A stretch of 64,000 bases of DNA from a phage, in sequence record PZ674595.1; one strand, 5' to 3'. The notes under the pieces are model-generated. The model saw only the letters and a list, made by a program, of their open reading frames with translations, ran no database searches and had not been told where the DNA came from. The position numbers were made by a program, and so were the translations under genes. This document shows positions 9,023-18,323 of the stretch, piece by piece. Position 1 is the first letter of the stretch, and each line of letters opens with the position of its first letter.

Positions 9023-10051
9023 ATGTCTAAGACATTACTTGATTTGCTTAACAAAACTCGTGAAGACATTGCCGCCAAACGTGGCAACAACGTTGATCTG
9101 ACTCGCTTAAAAGACGGCGTCAACTATATCCGCATCTTCCCGAATAAAGACGACCCAAACGGTAAGTTCTTCCAGACTTTCGGTATGCACTACGTTAAGT
9201 ATCAGAACGAGGAAGGTAAAGAAGCAACCAACGCTTATATTTGTGAGCAACATACTCACGGTCGCGCTTGTCAGCTATGCGAAATGGTTATGGAAGGTCG
9301 CGCTCGTCACAAGGGTAACAAAGCAATGGAAGAACGCATCGGTCAAATGCGTGCCACTCCTCGCTACCTGGTCAACGGCATTCTTTCTGCTCGTGAGGAT
9401 TTCGCAGATGCTGAGAAATGCCAGTTAATCGAGCTGCCGTCTACTGTATTCGATGATATCTGCAAAGCAATCACCGAAGACATCGCTGATGATATCGGCA
9501 ATCCACTGAGCAAAGAGGAAGGCTACGCATTCCTGATTAAACGTACTGGCTCTGGTCGCGATACCAAATATGACGTCTCGCCTAAGCGTAAAGTCTACAA
9601 AGGCGATATCGAAGATAAATTCTGGAACACCCAGCATGATCTGATCGCATACGCAAATCAGGCTGATGAAACTCGTCTTCTGTCGACAGTTCGCACTATG
9701 GGTCGTCTGATTGGCATCGCTGCACCAACTGCCGCAGCATCTGCACCAGCAATTTCCTCAACCGCGAAAACATCGGCTGCGGCACTACCTGGATTTGGCT
9801 CTGTCACTGGTCATACAGAAGGAGCGACGGCTGTAGCAACCGCGCACACACCGGCTTCTGAACCAACCAGTCTGGTTGATGAAGAAATCCTCCGTGCCGT
9901 TGAAACTGAATTTAAACCAGAAGCAAGTTCCGCTGCCGTTGCAGTATCAGTCAAAGAGTCTGAAGCAGTCGCAGCGACATCTGTAGCAGCCGCATCTGCG
10001 ACGGAAGATGAAGGTCTGGATGACCTACTGAGAGAGCTGGACTCTCTGTAA
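9023..10051 (+). CDS. single-stranded DNA-binding protein, T4 gp32-like
   Basis: Cys-x2-His-x5-Cys-x2-Cys cluster (CEQHTHGRACQLC) as in the gp32 zinc subdomain; Ala/Ser-rich acidic C-terminal tail ending DDLLRELDSL; RBS AAGGAGAAACAC. Confidence 0.6.
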   Translation: MSKTLLDLLNKTREDIAAKRGNNVDLTRLKDGVNYIRIFPNKDDPNGKFFQTFGMHYVKYQNEEGKEATNAYICEQHTHGRACQLCEMVMEGRARHKGNKAMEERIGQMRATPRYLVNGILSAREDFADAEKCQLIELPSTVFDDICKAITEDIADDIGNPLSKEEGYAFLIKRTGSGRDTKYDVSPKRKVYKGDIEDKFWNTQHDLIAYANQADETRLLSTVRTMGRLIGIAAPTAAASAPAISSTAKTSAAALPGFGSVTGHTEGATAVATAHTPASEPTSLVDEEILRAVETEFKPEASSAAVAVSVKESEAVAATSVAAASATEDEGLDDLLRELDSL

Positions 10052-10070
10052 TCCCATTACGTGACCAGTA

Positions 10071-10097
10071 AGGCGTCTACGGACGCCTTACTTTTTG
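10071..10097 (+). terminator. Rho-independent terminator
   Basis: AGGCGTC-TACG-GACGCCT followed by TTTTT; same stem sequence as terminators at 12404 and 13541. Confidence 0.7.
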
Positions 10098-10111
10098 GAA
10101 GGAATGTACCG

Positions 10112-11056
10112 GTGAATTATCTCTTCGTAGATGGCAATAGCCTGGGTTATTACCACCAACAATCTGACAAATTGCACAACGGCGAAATGGAAGTACAGGC
10201 TGCTTTCGGCTTTGTTAAGAACGTCCGTCGTTATGCCTCCATCCTCCATGCCCGACCTATGATTCTTTGGGATGGATTTAGTGACAAGCGTCGCGACTTT
10301 TACCCGGACTACAAAGCAAATCGCGACGACGATCCTGATATGAAAAAGATGAAGGAAGGCTTTGCTATCCAGAAGCCATACATCCTCAAAATGATGACCG
10401 CGCTTGGAGTTACCCAACTCATTGCAAAAGATGCAGAAGCGGATGATCTGGCCGGGCTGCTGGTATCCCGCATGGCACCGCAGCCAACCGTTGAACACAT
10501 CTATCTGTTAACAGGCGATAGCGACTGGCTTCAGTTAGTTCGTGAAAACGTAAGCTGGGTAAGCCTGCGTGAAGACGCCAAAAACAAGCAGGTTAATTTT
10601 GAGCAATTTGCGGAGCTGACAGGATTCGCCACGCCTCGCGCATTTTTGGAAGCAAAAGCATTACAAGGCGATAACTCGGACAACATTAGCGGTGTTGGAG
10701 GCATTGGTGCTGGCGGTGCGAAAGAGCTGCTGCATGAATGGGGAAGTGTCGCAACGATGGTACGCGGCATCAACGACGGCTCAATCGTGGTTAATAAAGG
10801 GCGTCATAAGACCGCCTTCAACAAACTAGCGAAGAATGCCTTCAACGAGAAAACAGGCTGTCGAATGCTCGAAGCGTTCAAGAGAAACATCACGCTAATG
10901 AACCTGATTGAGACGAAGTTTCCGCCTACCGAAATCGAAACAATCAAAGGCAATCGTGACGTGAAAGCATTCGAGCAACTGTGCTACGAGCTGAATTTCC
11001 GTTCGTTCCTTGAAGACCTTGAAGTGTTTGTTCTTCCATTCGAAAGGTATTGCTAA
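10112..11056 (+). CDS. 5'-3' exonuclease / flap endonuclease (T4 RNase H / Pol I 5'-nuclease family)
   Basis: VNYLFVDGNSLGYY N-terminus, acidic-cluster motifs ADDLAGLL and GDSDWLQL; GTG start at 10112 with RBS GGAAGGAA; the track ORF start at 10061 lies inside the upstream terminator. Confidence 0.8.
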   Translation: MNYLFVDGNSLGYYHQQSDKLHNGEMEVQAAFGFVKNVRRYASILHARPMILWDGFSDKRRDFYPDYKANRDDDPDMKKMKEGFAIQKPYILKMMTALGVTQLIAKDAEADDLAGLLVSRMAPQPTVEHIYLLTGDSDWLQLVRENVSWVSLREDAKNKQVNFEQFAELTGFATPRAFLEAKALQGDNSDNISGVGGIGAGGAKELLHEWGSVATMVRGINDGSIVVNKGRHKTAFNKLAKNAFNEKTGCRMLEAFKRNITLMNLIETKFPPTEIETIKGNRDVKAFEQLCYELNFRSFLEDLEVFVLPFERYC

Positions 11057-11322
11057 TGCTTAAATCGATTATCAATGGCGCTACAACCACCCCTGCCCAA
11101 CTAGCAAAAGAGATTGTCTTTTATCACGGTGAGTACGCTGTCATCGCACTGCCGTCAATTCTAGGCGCTGCCGGAATGAAAGCGACAGATCGCGAGTTTG
11201 GATTAGTCAGCGAGCAGGTCGTAAAAATCCTCGCTCGTGTATCCAGACTCCTTAACCACGATGCGATTGTATTCGATGAATCCGCCGCTTTAAAACGAAT
11301 CAACGAAACAAAAGGAGCCTGA
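11056..11322 (+). CDS. hypothetical protein
   Basis: ATG overlapping the stop of the upstream gene (TAATG); RBS GAAAGG. Confidence 0.35.
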   Translation: MLKSIINGATTTPAQLAKEIVFYHGEYAVIALPSILGAAGMKATDREFGLVSEQVVKILARVSRLLNHDAIVFDESAALKRINETKGA

Positions 11323-11324
11323 TC

Positions 11325-12398
11325 ATGGCAAAAGGAAAATCCGCACTGGCACTTGCTCTGAAAAAGAAAATCGGTAGCAACGACGAAATTCAGAAAGTAA
11401 CTCATTGGATTGATACAGGCTTTCCACCGTTAAACAAAGCTATTTCTGGTCGTTACGATGGCGGCTTCCCATGTGGTCGTATCGTCGAAGTATTCGGTCC
11501 TCCAAGTGCAGGGAAAACGTTCCTTGCAACAGCAGCGATGATCTCCGCTCAAAAACAAGATGGTCTGGCGGTATTCCTCGATCATGAAAACAGTTTTGAC
11601 GTTGGCCTGGCTGTCGCCAATGGCCTGAACGCAGATGAGGATGACGGTCAGTGGGTATACAAGCAGCCAGATACCTTCGAAGACTCTGTAGAGTTGATCG
11701 GCACAATACTTAAATTGGTTCGTGATGAAGAGCTTATCCCCGAATCAGCACCAATCTGTATCGTGGCTGACTCTCTTGCGTCTATGGTTCCGAACTCCAA
11801 AGCCGAGAAGTTCGAAAAGATGGCTGAAGGCACTGCCAAAGACAAAGATCAGCTAAACATGAACGACAATACGGCACTGGCTCGTGCGACGAGTGCGAAC
11901 TTCCCTACTCTGGCTTTGTGGGCACGCAAATACAACGCCTGCATCATCTTCTTGAATCAGGTTCGCACAAAAATCGGTGTAATGTTTGGCGACCCTACTA
12001 CGTCGCCAGGTGGAGATTCACCGAAGTTCTACGCTTCTGTACGTATCCGTCTTGGTGCATCGGTGATGAAGGATGGTAAAGAGAAGATCGGCCAGGACGT
12101 AGGCGCAGAATGCATCAAAAACAAAGTTGCACCACCGTATGGCAAATGCACCTGGAAATTCTACTTCGATCCTACTCGTGGCCTCGACGTTATCGAATCG
12201 CTCGTCGAGTACATGCTGGAAGAAGGATACCTGCCAAAGAACGCCAGCGGGCGAGTTGAAATTGGTGACAAGAAATACACCAAATCGCAGATCGTCGAGA
12301 TGTATCGGGAGAAGCCACTGGCTGAAATCATTGCGGCTTTGCAGGCAATCGACGACCGAAGAGCAAAAGACAACCCCACCGAGTCAGTAGAAGAGTAA
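11325..12398 (+). CDS. RecA-superfamily recombinase (UvsX/RecA-like)
   Basis: Walker A GPPSAGKTFLA, RecA-like core; RBS AAGGAG. Confidence 0.85.
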   Translation: MAKGKSALALALKKKIGSNDEIQKVTHWIDTGFPPLNKAISGRYDGGFPCGRIVEVFGPPSAGKTFLATAAMISAQKQDGLAVFLDHENSFDVGLAVANGLNADEDDGQWVYKQPDTFEDSVELIGTILKLVRDEELIPESAPICIVADSLASMVPNSKAEKFEKMAEGTAKDKDQLNMNDNTALARATSANFPTLALWARKYNACIIFLNQVRTKIGVMFGDPTTSPGGDSPKFYASVRIRLGASVMKDGKEKIGQDVGAECIKNKVAPPYGKCTWKFYFDPTRGLDVIESLVEYMLEEGYLPKNASGRVEIGDKKYTKSQIVEMYREKPLAEIIAALQAIDDRRAKDNPTESVEE

Positions 12399-12403
12399 AC
12401 ACA

Positions 12404-12428
12404 AGGCGTCCACAGGACGCCTTTTTTA
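12404..12428 (+). terminator. Rho-independent terminator
   Basis: AGGCGTCC-ACAG-GACGCCT followed by TTTTTT. Confidence 0.75.
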
Positions 12429-12490
12429 TCTCTTGAAAATATATAAGTACTTACTTATTATTTTCGCATAACAACCACATAGGAAAACAC

Positions 12491-12691
12491 ATGATCAAAA
12501 TCTATCTATTGGCAGTAGCCACAGGCCTTTCAGTGGCTCTCATCTACGGTTTACTGGTTCCGTCGCTGATTTCTACCAAGAGTGATTTAGCCGTCATGTT
12601 TGGAGTTATCGTTGGTTTTGGTGCTCCTGTAATCGGTCTTATTGCTGGTCGTAAGTTTATCAACTCATTAATCAAAGCAAAGGGGAAATAA
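12491..12691 (+). CDS. small membrane protein
   Basis: 66-aa hydrophobic ORF; RBS TAGGAAAACAC. Confidence 0.4.
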   Translation: MIKIYLLAVATGLSVALIYGLLVPSLISTKSDLAVMFGVIVGFGAPVIGLIAGRKFINSLIKAKGK

Positions 12692-12694
12692 GTA

Positions 12695-13525
12695 ATGAAG
12701 AAAGGTTTACTTGCAGTTGCTCTGGCGGCTATTTGCACAATGGGTCTTACTGGCTGTGATCGCGTGGAGCCTGGATACGTTGGCATCAAAGTAAACAAAT
12801 TAGGTGAAGACAAAGGGATTGGTGAAGTGGTTGGCGTTGGTCGCCAATGGACAGGTCTTAACACCGAACTTTACGTATTCCCGACCTTCAAACAAATGAA
12901 GACCTACGACGAGCCGTTCACATTCCAGATGAGTGACGGTACTGCTATTGGTCACAAAATTGGCGTTGCGTATCTGGTTAATCGTGACAAGGTAACGACG
13001 GTGTTCCAGACCTATCGCAAAGGCGTAGACGATATCACCGAATCAGATCTGCGTCAGAAAATTGCCGACTCTCTAAACCGTTTGGCCAGCCGTATGACCA
13101 CTGACTCATTTATCGACGGTGGTAAGGCACAATTGCTGGACAACGCACTGAAAGATATTCAGAAAGAGATGTCTCCGGTTGGTATTGAGGTACTGAGCCT
13201 GTCATGGGTTGGAAAGCCTGATTACCCAAAAACTGTCATTGAATCTATTAACGCCAAAGTAACGGCTAACCAGCGTACTCTGCAACGTCAGCAGGAAGTT
13301 GAACAACGTAAAGCTGAGGCGAATATGCTACGTGAACAGGCTAATGGTGAAGCTGATGCTATCCGTGCTCGTGCGCAAGCAGAAGCAGACGCCATTCGTC
13401 TGCGCGGTGAAGCTCTGCGTCAAAACCCGAACGTTATGGAACTGGAAGCCATCAATAAATGGAATGGCCAGTTACCGCAGTACATGACTCAAGGGGCTAA
13501 CACTCCTTTCATTACAGTGAAATAA
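12695..13525 (+). CDS. SPFH/band-7 (prohibitin-like) lipoprotein
   Basis: Signal peptide with lipobox LTGC; band-7 core; C-terminal coiled coil with repeated AEADAIR; RBS AAAGGGGAAA. Confidence 0.7.
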   Translation: MKKGLLAVALAAICTMGLTGCDRVEPGYVGIKVNKLGEDKGIGEVVGVGRQWTGLNTELYVFPTFKQMKTYDEPFTFQMSDGTAIGHKIGVAYLVNRDKVTTVFQTYRKGVDDITESDLRQKIADSLNRLASRMTTDSFIDGGKAQLLDNALKDIQKEMSPVGIEVLSLSWVGKPDYPKTVIESINAKVTANQRTLQRQQEVEQRKAEANMLREQANGEADAIRARAQAEADAIRLRGEALRQNPNVMELEAINKWNGQLPQYMTQGANTPFITVK

Positions 13526-13540
13526 CTCCCCTAAAAAGTT

Positions 13541-13567
13541 CAGGCGTCCAGTTGGACGCCTTTTTTA
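13541..13567 (+). terminator. Rho-independent terminator
   Basis: AGGCGTCC-AGTT-GGACGCCT followed by TTTTTT. Confidence 0.75.
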
Positions 13568-13616
13568 TCGCAATTATCTTATTAAGAAAACAATTTGTTT
13601 AAAAGGATAAGAAAAC

Positions 13617-14042
13617 ATGACAGCTATTAAGAAACTCTACGATGCCGCAAACGTGGCTCTGGATGTTATTGATGATGAAGTAGCAAAAGGCTTTCCTGAA
13701 CCTGATTGGGCGCATCAGCTACGAAACGCTATCGCAGAAATGACCCCACCAGATCCAACCCCCGACGAGACAGACTGGCAGCGATTCATCCGTATGTACG
13801 CTCAGGAAATAGGTCCAACGCCAACGGCAGAGCAGGCAATGCTGCTGAAATACTTCAAAGAGGCGGGAGAGGATTTACCAATTGATGACTCAGCATATTG
13901 GTTCCACTGCGCATGGCGTAAGTATGACGTGATATTCACACAAGGCATGGGAAGCAAAGATATGGTTGTGTGGCATCTACTCCATATAGACACAGCCGTT
14001 GACAGAGTTATTGAACAGTTTTTCCCTAAACAAGAAGATTGA
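13617..14042 (+). CDS. hypothetical protein
   Basis: 141-aa ORF preceded by AAACAATTTGTTT motif and RBS. Confidence 0.4.
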   Translation: MTAIKKLYDAANVALDVIDDEVAKGFPEPDWAHQLRNAIAEMTPPDPTPDETDWQRFIRMYAQEIGPTPTAEQAMLLKYFKEAGEDLPIDDSAYWFHCAWRKYDVIFTQGMGSKDMVVWHLLHIDTAVDRVIEQFFPKQED

Positions 14043-14097
14043 TCGCCTATTCATAACTAACAAAATAAGTAAACACTAACCACAAAAGGAAAAACAC

Positions 14098-14373
14098 ATG
14101 AGAGTTTTAGTTCGAATCGTTACCAGCACTGTCTATGACGTGTTTCCGCTTTTTATGGTCAAAGCCGATGGCCTTAACGACGAAGAAACTGACGCGCTGA
14201 TCCAGCGTATTCTCGTTGAATATACAGGTCATGACGCTGATTCAGTGATGGTTGATGATGATGGTGTTTGTTGGCATAACGGCAACTGTTGGTACGTAGA
14301 AGAGACTCAACAAATCAGTGATGAAGATGCCGAACATCTTGAGCGTATTTTAAGCATCAGCACTTTTGAGTGA
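14098..14373 (+). CDS. hypothetical protein
   Basis: 91-aa ORF; RBS AAAGGAAAAACAC identical in context to many genes of the element. Confidence 0.4.
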   Translation: MRVLVRIVTSTVYDVFPLFMVKADGLNDEETDALIQRILVEYTGHDADSVMVDDDGVCWHNGNCWYVEETQQISDEDAEHLERILSISTFE

Positions 14374-14412
14374 GTTTACAGTAAAATTTATATAAGTTAG
14401 TATCTACCTATC

Positions 14413-14592
14413 ATGAAGATTTTTATTGAATACTTGTTACTCATCGTTTCAATAGCTTTTGTCATCGACTGCATTTTCACTGGTGTCATTCGTAAAGTCT
14501 TTTCCCCGGTGCACGACGTAGTCATAAACGCTTTGGCTATCGTGCTCGTATTTAATTCAGCATTTGATGTAATCAAAGAGGTGGCAGCATGA
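14413..14592 (+). CDS. small hydrophobic peptide (59 aa), below the track cutoff
   Basis: ATG at 14413, stop overlaps start of next gene (ATGA); no obvious RBS. Confidence 0.3.
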   Translation: MKIFIEYLLLIVSIAFVIDCIFTGVIRKVFSPVHDVVINALAIVLVFNSAFDVIKEVAA

Positions 14593-14924
14593 AGGCCATC
14601 CCATTCGCGCTGTTGTTCCTTTCTTCGATCGTTGTGGCCGACACCACTGTTTATCAGTGTGAAATGTCTGTAGCCGACGTTAAGAATGGCGCTCTTACCG
14701 ACGTCATAAAAGCACCATATGGAGCGATGGTCGTAGACAGCGGCGACCAGTTCTATGTTGTGCGTGACGATCGAGTGTTGTCATCCCCATATCTCACAAA
14801 TCGTAATGGCAAATTAACCGGCGTCGGAGAAGACCACTTCGTATACAACAAATACAAGGGCTTCTATGGCGTTCACGCTTCTCAGCAAAGCTACCTTTTC
14901 GATGACTGCAAGGAGGTTGGATAA
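14589..14924 (+). CDS. secreted hypothetical protein
   Basis: N-terminal signal peptide MKAIPFALLFLSSIVVA; RBS AAAGAGGTGG. Confidence 0.4.
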   Translation: MKAIPFALLFLSSIVVADTTVYQCEMSVADVKNGALTDVIKAPYGAMVVDSGDQFYVVRDDRVLSSPYLTNRNGKLTGVGEDHFVYNKYKGFYGVHASQQSYLFDDCKEVG

Positions 14925-15136
14925 TGGCATTAACACTGGCAGGTCTGGAAATCGAGAAAACAAGCGGCTACTGGCGTGCTAAGGGTTTCAAGCAGCCTGG
15001 CATTCTTGAGCGTCTGGAACGTGAAGATGGGTATATCGTCCACCAGCGGCGTGAATGGCGTATGTACGATCCAGAAACAGGAAAACTGACTACAAAAGCC
15101 GGAACACTTTGGGGTCTGTTGAAGAAAATACACTAA
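14924..15136 (+). CDS. hypothetical protein
   Basis: 70-aa ORF overlapping the upstream stop (TAATG). Confidence 0.35.
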   Translation: MALTLAGLEIEKTSGYWRAKGFKQPGILERLEREDGYIVHQRREWRMYDPETGKLTTKAGTLWGLLKKIH

Positions 15137-15184
15137 TAGCACCAACCACTGCGGTGAGTAGTCTGCTCACCGCATTCGTATCCA

Positions 15185-15625
15185 GCTCATTATCCACTGT
15201 AGTCAGTAACAAAACCTTCCTACATATCTGCTAACCACTGTAGCGAGTAGACAGCCTTTCATTCGCATCAAACAACCACTATGGTGAGTATTGGAGTGAG
15301 ATGTCCAGCGGGTATCCACTATGGTGAGTAAGCCTTTGCTGTTTTCAGTGGATATCCACTCGCCACAGTGGATACGCTCAAAGATGAGGGCGACAACAAC
15401 CACTATAGACAGTAAATTTTCCAAGATACCCAGTGACCACTAACCTCGCAGCCCTTGTTTCATCAGTGTTAGTGATCACTAACATTTAATTCAGTATTTG
15501 CATTCTACTGCCTACAGTGGTTATCAACAGATAACGATACTCACTATAGTGGATAGCGAATTACAGATATAAGTAAGGCTCACTACAGTGGATAGTGAGC
15601 CTTACTACTAACTACAGTGGTTGGG
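15185..15625. repeat. iteron array downstream of repA (P1 incA-like copy-control repeats)
   Basis: About ten copies of CCACTATAGTGG-type motifs (e.g. ATCCACTATGGTGAGTA, TCACTATAGTGGATAG, CTACAGTGGTT) in both orientations. Confidence 0.7.
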
Positions 15626-16681
15626 CTATTTGCGAGTCTTTGCCTTGCGCAACTCTTCGAGAAGCGCCAGTTCTTCTTTACTCAACATGACCATTTTGCC
15701 TTCTTTTTCGTCAGGCACAACGTCGATAATGTCATCTTGATTCTCATCTGGGAGGCTATATTCCGTCTCATCATTATCGATTTTTGTTGATATTTGTGCC
15801 TGGCGTAACTTTGGCCGCCTATAGTGGATGACGAAGTAGACCGAGTTTCCGCGCTTAACTTCCGTGTAATCGAGATATCCTATCTCTCGCAGCTGTTCCA
15901 TAGCCTTTCTTACCGTCGCATTCTGAGTAATAGTGCGACTTGTCAGATTAAGTCTGGCGCGTAAACGGGCTAGTGATATTGGTGCCGGATCAGGCGGCAA
16001 ACTTTCAATAAAAGTATAAAGCGCCTGAGCGGATTCTTTTCTTGAGAGTTCGTTTATAGCCCGGAGTTGCAGAAGAACCTTTTTGTCGAACTGGTAGAGT
16101 TCGAAAATCTTGGGATCTGCTTTCAGTTCGACCGTATCGTGCTTGACACTATATTTTGCCGTTTGCACAAGATGCGTTACGTAAAACTCATCAGAGCCTT
16201 TGCTACGGAACGAGATGGTATTTGTGGCAATACGGCTTAGCGAACTGTCCAGGCGTTTGCGTAACTTCGCTGATGACCTGGCGGTCGGAATGCCACACAG
16301 CCTTACAAACTCAACGAACGGCAACGTGACAGTATCGCCAACGACCTTGTGTTTGGCAAACGCGTGGATTATTCCCACCCACGTTTTAAAGTCGTTATCC
16401 ATATCAAGCCGAAGGCCAGAGATCCTTATGTCTTCGTACCCTTCGGCTTTTGCCAGAGACAGCTGTTTGAGTTCAGCAGAGGCATCCATAGAGACCATTT
16501 GCCCCTTTCTTCCTCTGGATGTCGATTTCAGCGTCGGAACGAAGAGGCCCAGACGCATCAAAGCAACAGGCTGAACAGTGTTATTAGTGTTAGGAACCAA
16601 CGTAACAACTTCGCCTGTCTTTTTATCTGTTTCTGAAAATGCTTCAACGATCGCTATGTTTTTATTGCCGTTTTCGCTCAT
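15626..16681 (-). CDS. repA: plasmid replication initiator, P1 RepA-like
   Basis: 351-aa ORF; [45 protein letters not shown] and [16 protein letters not shown] match P1 RepA as I recall it; flanked on both sides by iterons. Confidence 0.75.
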   Translation of the reverse strand: MSENGNKNIAIVEAFSETDKKTGEVVTLVPNTNNTVQPVALMRLGLFVPTLKSTSRGRKGQMVSMDASAELKQLSLAKAEGYEDIRISGLRLDMDNDFKTWVGIIHAFAKHKVVGDTVTLPFVEFVRLCGIPTARSSAKLRKRLDSSLSRIATNTISFRSKGSDEFYVTHLVQTAKYSVKHDTVELKADPKIFELYQFDKKVLLQLRAINELSRKESAQALYTFIESLPPDPAPISLARLRARLNLTSRTITQNATVRKAMEQLREIGYLDYTEVKRGNSVYFVIHYRRPKLRQAQISTKIDNDETEYSLPDENQDDIIDVVPDEKEGKMVMLSKEELALLEELRKAKTRK

Positions 16682-16689
16682 TCCAAATG

Positions 16690-17345
16690 TCTCTTGTTAT
16701 TCGACGGCTTTGGTGGCCTTTGCTGATTACAGTGGATAGTAGCACTCATCACAGCGGTTATCCTACCGTCTATAGTGGTTTTTCTCCTCTCTATAGTGGT
16801 TGCTTTGCTCCCTATAGTGGATTATTCGCTCTCTATAGTGGATATCGATCATGTCTGAAGGCAGATGGCACAACGGTTTGAGGTGGGCGGGGATCTTATT
16901 GGGTCTTTATGGGTCTCTTTGGTTCTCTTTGTGATCTGAATTACTGGATCGGGCCTGTGGATAAAAATCAGAGGATTTCAAGAACAGGTAACTCTACTCT
17001 TCTGTGGATATTTAAGGACATAAGAATCATGACTAAGAGTAGAGTTTAAAATATATCTATGTATATCAGTATGTTAATGAAGAATTAAGTCATTAAGTTA
17101 TCCATAAAAGACAATGTGCTCTACTCTCTACAGTGGATATATACAGCTCTCCAGAGTGGTTGTTTTACTCTTCATAGCGGTTATTCAGCTCTCTACAGAG
17201 GTTTCTTTGCTCTCCATAGTGGATGGCAACACCCTTTCAGACCAGTAACCGCAACGGCTAGAGGCGATCGGGGATCTCTTTGGATCTTCTATTTGATCTT
17301 ACTTGGGATCTCTTATTTGGATCTATCCAGTGGATAACTGGGATA
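16690..17345. other. origin of plasmid replication (oriV): two iteron arrays, DnaA boxes, GATC cluster, AT-rich stretch
   Basis: 21-22-bp direct repeats CTCTATAGTGG at 16740-16860 and 17116-17235; DnaA box TGTGGATAA at 16956-16964 and near-match at 17003-17011; six GATC within 17266-17323 as TGGATCT repeats; AT-rich 17040-17110; overlapping track ORFs 16639-16881 and 17116-17337 judged non-coding. Confidence 0.7.
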
Positions 17346-17424
17346 AGTAAAACAGGCAAATGCAGATTAAGGTATGCCTAATGAGTTATCGTAGCATCGG
17401 CCAATAACTACTGAAAAAACGATT

Positions 17425-18069
17425 ATGGATCTAAAACGCACGCGCTGGGTTCGTCGTCTTGAGGACGGCTCCTACACTATCGAATCAAATTCCAACCTGA
17501 ATAAGCAGAAGTTACTTTGTGATATCTGCGGTATAGCGGCGAAGTGCCCGATCTACGAAACCAGAATTAAACTTGATAAGGCTGGTGTGAACTTTCATTT
17601 GAATAGTTGTATCAGGTACGTTCCATTGCTCGCATTTCGTAAACCGATCATCGGATTGGATGCGCCCTACTTCAACACACTCCGTTCAGGAGTAACGTGG
17701 CGAGATCGTTTATCACCAGACAAACTGATTTGCCTTGTATCCGCAGATACAGGAAAAATCATTCGTTTTGGGAAAGTAGACAAGGTTTACTCAGGCCCAG
17801 TTGACGAGATGTTGCGGAAACACAGCCGGTTTAATCACCTCTGCATGGGTGGTGAGAAAATCGAGAAGGTTGAAGAAGTGATCCGCAAATCCTACGGACA
17901 CTTCCTGACCAAAGATAGCCTGCTCACTGCAATCTACATCAGACATGTAAAACGTGAGTTCGACCTTGAATACCATAGCGAAGAAGAACTGAACCTTGTC
18001 GATCCACGTCCTAAAGCTGGCGTCATAAGCATAAATGCAGCGCGTAAAAAGCCCACTGACGCGCTGTAA
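17425..18069 (+). CDS. hypothetical protein adjacent to origin
   Basis: 214-aa ORF; several Cys; no family recognised. Confidence 0.4.
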   Translation: MDLKRTRWVRRLEDGSYTIESNSNLNKQKLLCDICGIAAKCPIYETRIKLDKAGVNFHLNSCIRYVPLLAFRKPIIGLDAPYFNTLRSGVTWRDRLSPDKLICLVSADTGKIIRFGKVDKVYSGPVDEMLRKHSRFNHLCMGGEKIEKVEEVIRKSYGHFLTKDSLLTAIYIRHVKREFDLEYHSEEELNLVDPRPKAGVISINAARKKPTDAL

Positions 18070-18323
18070 CCCTCCAGATCGTATATTGGCGTAGATAGAA
18101 TCTACGCCCCCTCAAAATAGCTCTCATAGCGTTCTACAGTGATCCTGTCTTATTTTTAGTCATACAGACAAGCAAAGTTGCGCCACGATAAATAGGTATA
18201 TACTTACTTATAAATTTTGTATATTAAGGCGCTCGTTTCATTCCTAACATACCGTTATGCATAGTTGTTTACCTCCTCATTGCTCTTAGAATTTGTATCA
18301 AAATAACCACAAAGGAAAAACAC

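Noticed and set aside
10061-10111. Track start of the flap-nuclease ORF at 10061
   Set aside because: The first 17 codons lie inside the terminator hairpin of the upstream gene; an in-frame GTG at 10112 with a GGAAGGAA RBS is the more plausible start
15185-17235. Possible CRISPR array suggested by short direct repeats
   Set aside because: Repeats are about 9-14-bp cores at 21-22-bp spacing in both orientations, without uniform unique spacers, and flank a RepA-like gene: iterons, not CRISPR
16639-17337. Track ORFs 16639-16881 and 17116-17337 next to repA
   Set aside because: They overlap the 21-22-bp iteron arrays and GATC cluster of the origin; repetitive translation (Y/S/G-rich) produced by the direct repeats
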